Part shown: piece after piece, positions 57,015 through 63,461 of the stretch
Numbering within the stretch: position 1 is the stretch's first letter
Layout: every line of letters starts with the position of its first letter
IMG/VR virus record: IMGVR_UViG_3300009503_000033
Location: 1-63,461 of that record
Strand: one strand, 5' to 3'
Length of the DNA: 63,461 bases
Source of the DNA: a virus
Lineage: Duplodnaviria > Caudoviricetes
Made by a program: the position numbers and the translations under genes
Notes under the pieces: model-generated
What the model was told of the DNA's origin: nothing
Database searches by the model: none
Seen by the model: only the letters and a program-made list of their open reading frames with translations

Positions 57015-58160
57015 GTGATAGCTATGACTGAAGCCATTAAGGAATTGATAGTTGAGTTAGAAGGTATTAAAGAAGAGAATGAGCTGTTAAAGGCACAGTT
57101 ACGGTCTATGACATCCACTTTGGCATCTGACTTCATAGTACTGTCAGAAGCACCCAAAATTGTCAAAGGCATTGCTATAGCTGAAGGTACTTGGAATGGT
57201 GATTACTACCCAGCAGAGGCACTTAGGGAAATACCCAATGTGGGTTCCATACCAGTGTTAGTGGAGCATGGTGATAGTGAAGAGTTTGGAACTAAGGCTG
57301 TTGGGTTAGTTAAAGAATGGGAATACATACCACTGATTAATGCTGTAGCTTACCAAGCAGAAATTACTGATGACAGGGCTTGGCAACTGATTAAAGAGGG
57401 TAAGCTTACTGGCATCAGTCTTCAGTCCTTTGTAGCTAAGGGTAATGGAGGACATAGGGTATTATATATGAAACCATTTGAAGCCAGTCTGACCTCCAAT
57501 CCAGCTGTAAAATATGCCTATGTAGCCTTTAGCAAAATGTATTTAAATGAGAAAGGTTCAATAAAGAGTGATATTATGACCGAAGTAGGTAAGGAAGAAG
57601 TTAAGACAGAAGCTGTTAGTGCTACAGCTCCTAATGCTACAGTTGAGGTAAAGGCTGACACTGCTACAGCACCTACATCAGCACCTAAGGAGTATGAGAT
57701 GGTACAGCTTGAAGTAAAGGACAATGAAGTGATGGTTATAGATGTGATGCCTGAGGAGGAAGCATTGAAGAAGAAGAGACCAGTAGCTAAGGTACCAGCA
57801 GGAACGTACTATTACTATGGGTCCTATGGATACCCACCGTACTACTATGGTTATCCATATGGATATGCCTATGGCTATCCATCTGGGTATGGCTATCCTA
57901 CCCCTAAGAAGAGGAAGCTAACTGATGACTACGAGGATGCTACTGCCATATTTGATGCTATCAAGAAGCTAGAGGACAAGCTTGCTGCTGTGGAGAATAA
58001 GATAAGTGAAATGACAGCTAGTCTGACCAAGGCACCTGAGGCTCCTAAGGCACCTGAGGTTGCTGAGGCTCCAAAGGCACCTGAAGCAGCTAAGCCTGAC
58101 TTGGGTAAGCTCACCCCTGCTGAGTTGATAGTACTAGAACAGAGGAAGAAAGGTTTATGA
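57015..58160 (+). CDS. Prohead protease with scaffold-like C-terminal extension
   Basis: KGIAI.EG.WNG..Y, VEH, G.LTGIS, EASL...PA; YGYP and KAPEA low-complexity tail; directly before the capsid gene. Confidence 0.8.
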   Translation: MIAMTEAIKELIVELEGIKEENELLKAQLRSMTSTLASDFIVLSEAPKIVKGIAIAEGTWNGDYYPAEALREIPNVGSIPVLVEHGDSEEFGTKAVGLVKEWEYIPLINAVAYQAEITDDRAWQLIKEGKLTGISLQSFVAKGNGGHRVLYMKPFEASLTSNPAVKYAYVAFSKMYLNEKGSIKSDIMTEVGKEEVKTEAVSATAPNATVEVKADTATAPTSAPKEYEMVQLEVKDNEVMVIDVMPEEEALKKKRPVAKVPAGTYYYYGSYGYPPYYYGYPYGYAYGYPSGYGYPTPKKRKLTDDYEDATAIFDAIKKLEDKLAAVENKISEMTASLTKAPEAPKAPEVAEAPKAPEAAKPDLGKLTPAELIVLEQRKKGL

Positions 58161-58405
58161 CTGACCTAGATGGTCTTCTAAAGGGCTTAAAGCAGCTTGA
58201 AGTAGAGATACAGAGGCTTAAGGAAGAGAATACTAAGCTAAGGAAGATGCTTGGACAGCCTGTATCATCTATATCCTCTTCTGAACCTTCCAGTGAGCCA
58301 TCAAGAGTAATTAATGGTGCTATTGCTCTAATAGCACTGCTAAAGTCTGGTCAGTGGGATTCATCAGTAAGCCTAAGAGAGCTGATGGAAAGGAAGAGAA
58401 TTTAA
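58157..58405 (+). CDS. Small coiled-coil scaffold-like protein
   Basis: LKEEN.KL coil resembling the protease N-terminus. Confidence 0.55.
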   Translation: MTDLDGLLKGLKQLEVEIQRLKEENTKLRKMLGQPVSSISSSEPSSEPSRVINGAIALIALLKSGQWDSSVSLRELMERKRI

Positions 58406-58454
58406 GTTACATAAAATTAACTGTATACCACAAGCTTTTTAAGTAACATAAATT
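58399..58454. promoter_or_regulatory. Two palindromic sites (58399-58418, 58436-58454) and the capsid promoter AAGCTTTTTAAG
   Basis: AATTTAAGTTACATAAAATT and TTTTTAAGTAACATAAATT. Confidence 0.7.
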
Positions 58455-58463
58455 ATTGTAATT

Positions 58464-59330
58464 ATGATAAGCATGCAGGAAGAAATAGCTAAGTTAGTAG
58501 AGTTACCAGATGTTACAGCCGTAACTCCTAAGGCAATACTTGATGTCATAGAGGCATCCAGAAGGAAGAGAGCTACTGGGTTACAGCTCTTAAGGCACAA
58601 TGATATCCTTAAGAGGACCAAGGCTAGGTCAGCTAATGTACCCAAGAGAGGCATACTTACTGCTGTAGAGGTCAGTGAAGGAGCTGACATTAGTGAGCAA
58701 AGCATTCCTGATGTCACTTATCAGACTACAACGGTTAGTGCTGTAAAGATAGGTACTTACTTCAAGATTACCAAGGAAGCAATTGATGCTACTGAAATTG
58801 ATGTCATTAATGACTTGCTGGAGGATGCTGGAGCAGCTATAGCTGACAAGGAAGATGACCTTATATATGATGCTATACTGTCAGCACCTACCAGCAATAT
58901 TCAAGCCAGTGCTAATGCAGGCAAAATTGTCTTTGCTGACATAGTCAAGGCTAAGTCTAAGGTTGAGGCAAGCAATTTTGAGCCTGACACTGTGGTTCTT
59001 AGTCCAGCCAGAGCTGATGACTTGCTTGTTGATGCTGCTGCTATTGCTAGGTTTGTCGATAAGTCTGAACTACCTGAAAATGAGCAGCTGGTTAGACAGC
59101 TTGGTAGGCTTGCTGGGCTTGATGTCATAGTGTCCAATGCTGTACCAGACACTACAGTGTTGGTGCTTGACAGAAAAGCCCTTGGCTGGTACTTACCAAA
59201 GAGAGATGTGGATGTGAAGAGGGATGAATCAATAACAACTGACTCTATAGAGTTTGCCGTGTTCAAGGAGTTTGGAGTAGGAGTTACACAGGCTGATGCA
59301 ATATGCTTCCTGACGGTTGCTCCAGCCTAA
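58464..59330 (+). CDS. Major capsid protein (HK97 fold)
   Basis: V.EGADI, K.G.YFKIT.E.I, A..IA.KED, G.LAGL.VIVS patterns. Confidence 0.9.
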   Translation: MISMQEEIAKLVELPDVTAVTPKAILDVIEASRRKRATGLQLLRHNDILKRTKARSANVPKRGILTAVEVSEGADISEQSIPDVTYQTTTVSAVKIGTYFKITKEAIDATEIDVINDLLEDAGAAIADKEDDLIYDAILSAPTSNIQASANAGKIVFADIVKAKSKVEASNFEPDTVVLSPARADDLLVDAAAIARFVDKSELPENEQLVRQLGRLAGLDVIVSNAVPDTTVLVLDRKALGWYLPKRDVDVKRDESITTDSIEFAVFKEFGVGVTQADAICFLTVAPA

Positions 59331-59372
59331 GCAGGCTGGTAGATGGTCTACCCCTCATCAGTAGGGGTAGAC
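59322..59372 (+). terminator. Tandem hairpins after the capsid gene
   Basis: CCAGCCT-AAGC-AGGCTGG over the stop codon and GTCTACCCCT-N7-AGGGGTAGAC. Confidence 0.6.
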
Positions 59373-59396
59373 TTACAAACCTTTTGAGGTGGTAGT

Positions 59397-60077
59397 GTGG
59401 CTTGGACTACACCTGCATCCTTAAGGATAGTATTGGGTATTACTTCTACTGAACTATCTGATAGCGATGCTAATGATTATATAGCTAAGGCTCAAGAGGC
59501 AGTAAGGAGGGACTTAGCTGAATACATTAAGGATGATGTATTGGTAGGAGCTATTAATGGTACCAATACTAAGTTCCTAGCTAATTATACTCCCATAGGT
59601 GATGGGGACTTTGACCTTGATATAGATAAGGACGATGTAGCTGTCTATGGATGGACAGATGTTAAGGATGAAAATAGCAAAGTCCAGCTGGATGTGGCTA
59701 AGCTGTCACCCAACACAGGTCTGATAGAGTTAGTTAGCCCTCCAGATACATCCTATGTTCAGCTTACTGCTACCTATTACAGGTACTGGGCACCATTGAA
59801 TACTAAGTTATACGAATTGTGTACAAACTATTTAGCTGCTTATTTATATTTGATTAACCAGTATGCTTTTGCTCCTCTGGAGATGGCTCTAGGTAGTATG
59901 AGGGTTATATACAGAGGAGGTAGGGGTTCTACATTGGGAGTAGGACTATTCCCATATACTAGGTTCTGGAATGAATATGTCAAGTTAGTGGCTTTACTGA
60001 AGAGCCAACATACCACCAGAACAGAAGCTGATGATATGGAAGTTAGGGAGCCTATACTCATACCAAGTGAGGAATGA
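59397..60077 (+). CDS. Head-tail adaptor protein
   Basis: Position after the capsid gene; helical N-terminus, beta insert, YLAAY. Confidence 0.6.
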   Translation: MAWTTPASLRIVLGITSTELSDSDANDYIAKAQEAVRRDLAEYIKDDVLVGAINGTNTKFLANYTPIGDGDFDLDIDKDDVAVYGWTDVKDENSKVQLDVAKLSPNTGLIELVSPPDTSYVQLTATYYRYWAPLNTKLYELCTNYLAAYLYLINQYAFAPLEMALGSMRVIYRGGRGSTLGVGLFPYTRFWNEYVKLVALLKSQHTTRTEADDMEVREPILIPSEE

Positions 60078-60445
60078 TGCATACCCTTAAGCCTTCCATC
60101 ATCAAGCAAGAGCTAAAGAAGCTCAAAGGCACACCCCTTAAGCTTCTCAAGCCCAATACTACCATTACTGATGATGTCTATGGCACTAAGTCTGGCTACC
60201 TTGAGTATGATATTACAGGCATAGTGTTGCCATCTGTATCTAGGGACTTCTTCTACAGGCTACAGGGCACTCTGGATGATGGCTCTGTTAGGATATTCAT
60301 ACTACCCGAACCTCTGGCTGGAGTAAAGGTAGCACTTGGTGACAAGATAAAGAACTTGGTAACAGATATGACATATGAAGTGCTGGAGGTATTTGAGTAT
60401 ATAATAGAGAATGAACTGGTAGTGATAGAGGCTATATGTAGGTGA
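60074..60445 (+). CDS. Head closure (stopper) protein
   Basis: DDVYG, GDKI...YEV pattern; gene order. Confidence 0.55.
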   Translation: MMHTLKPSIIKQELKKLKGTPLKLLKPNTTITDDVYGTKSGYLEYDITGIVLPSVSRDFFYRLQGTLDDGSVRIFILPEPLAGVKVALGDKIKNLVTDMTYEVLEVFEYIIENELVVIEAICR

Positions 60446-60449
60446 TGGT

Positions 60450-60956
60450 ATGGTACGTGTATTGCTTAGGGACTATCCCAAGGTAATTAAAAGGTTTGCT
60501 CAGGTTATGACTACTGATGTGTCAAGAAAGATACTTGATAAGTACTTGGAGAATGTAGTAGAAAGCATGAAGGATAAGCTACCTACTAGACCAGTTCTAC
60601 CTCCTGAAGAGGTAATGCACTTCAGTGATTCTCTTTACTATAGGATAGATAAGGTAGAGAATGGTTACGTAGGATATGTAGGTTCCCACTACCCTGGTGA
60701 AAGTGGTAGGCAATCTGCCTTGATAGCTAGGGCTATAGATGAAGGTAGGAGAGGCTATAGTGCTAAGCCTCCTAAGCTGGCTATACGTGTGGTGACACGC
60801 ACTGGACAGGTATTTCTAAGGAAGTATGTAGGACCATCTGAACCAAGGAACTTTATTCTACCTTCCTTCTGGGAGAATAGAGGCATACTTGGTAAGGAAT
60901 TTGTACGTAGCTGTCATGAAACTTACTATGCTGCTGCTAAGGAGTATTCCTTCTAG
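60450..60956 (+). CDS. Neck/tail completion protein (HK97 gp10-like)
   Basis: A.AIDEG, P.NFI.P pattern; gene order. Confidence 0.55.
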   Translation: MVRVLLRDYPKVIKRFAQVMTTDVSRKILDKYLENVVESMKDKLPTRPVLPPEEVMHFSDSLYYRIDKVENGYVGYVGSHYPGESGRQSALIARAIDEGRRGYSAKPPKLAIRVVTRTGQVFLRKYVGPSEPRNFILPSFWENRGILGKEFVRSCHETYYAAAKEYSF

Positions 60957-60966
60957 GTGGTAAGGA

Positions 60967-61422
60967 ATGAAGATAGAGTCATTGAATAGGTTGATAGTAA
61001 ACGTGCTAAGGAGCAATGTACCAGACCCTCTTAATAGAGGCATTACTTGGATTACATATGGTTACACACAGGATACAATAAGGTACCCATCAATAGCTGT
61101 ATTCCAGAGCAGTGCTAGGGGAGATATTCTAGCTATAGGTGATAAGACCAATGTAGTAGAGGCTCTTTACCTGATAGAGATAGTTACCAATAAGGATGCT
61201 GAAGCCACTATAGGTGGCAGTAGATATTCTGGCTATAAGCTGACCAGTTACCTTACCGATGCTGTAACTAAGGCAATAATGAACCAGAGGGACTATGCTA
61301 GAACACAGGGTATTGAGGACTGGAATATAGTTAGAATAGAAACTATGGGATATGACCCTGATAGGGAAGAGTATAAGCAGAGGGTATGGCTATCCTGTAT
61401 TGGGGTGCTGGAACCAACATAA
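60967..61422 (+). CDS. Tail terminator protein
   Basis: YPSIAV motif; directly before the tail tube gene. Confidence 0.55.
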   Translation: MKIESLNRLIVNVLRSNVPDPLNRGITWITYGYTQDTIRYPSIAVFQSSARGDILAIGDKTNVVEALYLIEIVTNKDAEATIGGSRYSGYKLTSYLTDAVTKAIMNQRDYARTQGIEDWNIVRIETMGYDPDREEYKQRVWLSCIGVLEPT

Positions 61423-61463
61423 GACTTAAATAGTGGGCTGGTTAATTAATTGTTGGTGTTAGG

Positions 61464-61886
61464 ATGCCCACCTATTATCGTGGTAAGGATGCCACCTTGT
61501 ATGTAGTGGTTGGTGGAACAGAGACTAGGATAGGTTATGCTCAGTCAGCCAGTGTAGAGATTAACCCCAATCCAGAAAGGCTCTTTGAGGTAGGTTCACC
61601 CTTGGCAGTAGGCATAGAGATGGGCAATGTGGAAATATCTGGCAGTATCTCTAGGATATGGATGGACAATTTTATGTTACAAAAATTAGGTATGACAACG
61701 CCAGCACTGTCTGCCTTTGACTTAGTGTTTAAGATAGGGACTGAGGAAGATGCTCCAGCCATCTCTCTTACTGGATGTGTGGTTAGTACTGGTTCTATAG
61801 ACATACCTCAGGATGGATGGATAATGGGAGACATAGACTTCATGGCTAAAAGCTATACCCTGTTAGGCAGAACAACTCAACCATAG
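61464..61886 (+). CDS. Tail tube (major tail) protein
   Basis: IGYAQS, EVGS, G..EISGS beta pattern; AAGACTTAAATA promoter-like site upstream. Confidence 0.75.
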   Translation: MPTYYRGKDATLYVVVGGTETRIGYAQSASVEINPNPERLFEVGSPLAVGIEMGNVEISGSISRIWMDNFMLQKLGMTTPALSAFDLVFKIGTEEDAPAISLTGCVVSTGSIDIPQDGWIMGDIDFMAKSYTLLGRTTQP

Positions 61887-61895
61887 TGATGGAGA

Positions 61896-62291
61896 ATGAC
61901 TGATGCACCTCAAGGGTATGTACCTGCCCCATCAGAAGAGGAAGAACTTAGGCTAGTGGCTAAGGAGAAACTAGTGGTAGTACCAAGAGAGACAGAGGTA
62001 GTTATACCTAAGCTTAATGGTAAGGTAAGGATTAGGTCTATCAAGCCTACTGAGTATGCTCTTCTACTGGAGAAGGTAGGTATTAAGAAGATAGAGGACT
62101 TTACTCTGGGTAAGCTCAGCATACTGATACAGGAGGTATGTAAGTTAGGTCTGGTAGAGCCTAAGATAGGTAGGGATGAGGACTTACCAAGTGATGTAGC
62201 TACTGAGGTGTCAAACAAGATACTGGAATGGAGTTACCTCACAGTACCAAAAGGTACTGAGAAGGAGGCAGAACTAAATTTTACAACCTAG
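61896..62291 (+). CDS. Tail assembly chaperone (gpG-like)
   Basis: Between the tail tube and tape measure genes; ends at a slippery site. Confidence 0.75.
   Translation: MTDAPQGYVPAPSEEEELRLVAKEKLVVVPRETEVVIPKLNGKVRIRSIKPTEYALLLEKVGIKKIEDFTLGKLSILIQEVCKLGLVEPKIGRDEDLPSDVATEVSNKILEWSYLTVPKGTEKEAELNFTT
62276..62282 (+). other. -1 programmed frameshift heptamer A AAT TTT
   Basis: X XXY YYZ in the chaperone frame; -1 frame open to TAA at 62441-62443. Confidence 0.75.
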
Positions 62292-62443
62292 TTGATAGTA
62301 CTATGGCTAAAGCTTATTTTACCCTAATGGAACACTTTGGTTGGACCTTAGAGGATGTGTCTAAGTTAGATTGGTTACAGATTAGGTGGTTGCTAGAGGA
62401 AATACACAGAAGGATGCCTAAGCTCCCTAGGAGGCAATTATAA
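62282..62443 (+). CDS. Frameshift extension of the chaperone (gpGT-like)
   Basis: -1 frame reads YNLVDSTMAKAYFTLMEHFGWTLEDVSKLDW...; its stop overlaps the tape measure ATG (TAATG). Confidence 0.7.
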   Translation, partial: YNLVDSTMAKAYFTLMEHFGWTLEDVSKLDWLQIRWLLEEIHRRMPKLPRRQL

Positions 62444-63461
62444 TGGTAGGAGACACTGATGTAGAATTAATTGCTAAAATAAAGGTAGAAGCAAAAGGGA
62501 TGGATGAAGCTAAGAAAGTGATTGATTTCTATAAGGATGTCTACAGACAGATGGGACTGTCAATAGACCAGTATAACAAAATGGTTAGAGTAGCTGATAA
62601 ATATGCTTCAGTATCTTCAGCTGCTGGTGGTGAGGCTGGCAGACAGATGAGATGGATAGCTAGAGACGTTATCAGGCTTAGCAGTATGATAGATAAGTGG
62701 CTCTCTGGAATCAGTCAGGTATGGTCTAACATGGTGAATTACTCTGAGGAACTTACTACCATTACAGAAGATACTGATAGGGAATGGCAGGATGCTTATG
62801 CTGCTATGGGTGATGCTACCAGTGGGTTAGAATCAGCATTACAGGGTGTATCAGCTAGTGTTGCTAGGTTCATAGCCACTACACCAGGAGTAGCTGCTGT
62901 GGCTGGTGTATTTGTAAAGGTAGGTACATTTGTTAAGGATATAGTTCCTCCTGTGCTATCCTTAACTGGTTTCATACTGCTGCTTAGGCACTCACTTATG
63001 GGTATAGCTGAAGAGGCTGGTATCACTTCTAAGAGGTTTGGAGTGTTAGGTACTGCCTTTGAAGTAGTGAAAGGTACTATAATGGGGACTTTGCCAGCAC
63101 AGAGGGATGCTGCTGTAGCAGAAAGACAGCTGAATAACATCAGAAGGGATGCTGGTGCTTTAATCTACTCGATAGGACAGAAGGAAGAAAAATACAGAGA
63201 TATTACTGAAAAGTTAGCTGAAGGAGTATTAAGTGGAGGAACCAGCATAGAAACTGCTGCTCAAATTATGGAAAAACAGGAAGGTGTCAATGAGGATTAT
63301 ATAAAGCAATTATATAACATGGCTGGTGCTGAAAAGGTACAGAGTTATAACTTAGAAAATGTAAAGGGACATTTACAGAGGGTAGAAAAGAACTGGAGTA
63401 GGCTGTCTAAGGTAATGAAGTATGCTGTACCAATTGCTATGGGAGTAAATACTGTCTTTAC
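62443..63461 (+). CDS. Tape measure protein, 5' part (continues to 1567)
   Basis: Open frame from ATG 62443 to the window end, in frame with ORF 77-1567. Confidence 0.85.
   Translation, partial: MVGDTDVELIAKIKVEAKGMDEAKKVIDFYKDVYRQMGLSIDQYNKMVRVADKYASVSSAAGGEAGRQMRWIARDVIRLSSMIDKWLSGISQVWSNMVNYSEELTTITEDTDREWQDAYAAMGDATSGLESALQGVSASVARFIATTPGVAAVAGVFVKVGTFVKDIVPPVLSLTGFILLLRHSLMGIAEEAGITSKRFGVLGTAFEVVKGTIMGTLPAQRDAAVAERQLNNIRRDAGALIYSIGQKEEKYRDITEKLAEGVLSGGTSIETAAQIMEKQEGVNEDYIKQLYNMAGAEKVQSYNLENVKGHLQRVEKNWSRLSKVMKYAVPIAMGVNTVF
63339..63461. repeat. Terminal direct repeat (copy of 1-123)
   Basis: Exact match. Confidence 0.95.

Noticed and set aside
8914-61687. CRISPR mini-array or dif/att sites made of the palindromic repeats
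   Set aside because: Copies are dispersed and degenerate, not regularly spaced, and no Cas or tyrosine/serine recombinase gene was recognised.
63339-63461. 123-bp terminal repeat as a biological terminal repeat
   Set aside because: It falls in the middle of the tape measure gene and is best explained as assembler overlap of a circular or permuted genome.

Overview
The window is an apparently complete, circularly assembled genome (about 63,338 bp after removing a 123-bp end overlap, 1-123 = 63339-63461) of a tailed archaeal virus (HK97-fold head, siphovirus-like tail). An archaeal host is inferred from RadA, a short XPF/ERCC4 nuclease, an Alba-like protein, PolB, GGTGA/GGAGG ribosome-binding sites and BRE-TATA-like promoters. 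Modules: tail and adsorption (61.5 kb through the junction to 8.9 kb); a minus-strand operon of terminase, radical SAM enzyme and Cys-rich partner (13.8-8.9 kb); an early/accessory region (14-31 kb); replication and repair (31-40 kb); and glycosyltransferases, portal and head genes (40-61 kb). Five LAGLIDADG inteins are present. I found no integrase, tRNA, CRISPR array or reverse transcriptase. Best candidates for new biology: (1) a distal tail-module protein with about 23 aromatic-x-Asp/Asn triads in two mirror-spaced arms around a variable aromatic tip, facing a SPASM radical SAM enzyme and partner coupled to terminase, suggesting triceptide-like cyclophane cross-linking of a virion fibre; (2) two large multidomain proteins in the head module (MBL hydrolase, ASCH-like, nucleotidyltransferase, ATP-dependent ligase; repeated LigD-type phosphoesterase) with recurring L-[SA]-[EK] linkers, suggesting a protease-processed, virion-packaged end-repair kit; (3) about 18 copies of a 19-20 bp palindrome across promoters and coding regions; (4) a structured ~125-nt element containing an anti-Shine-Dalgarno-like loop. 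All annotations come from motif recognition by eye; no database searches were run.
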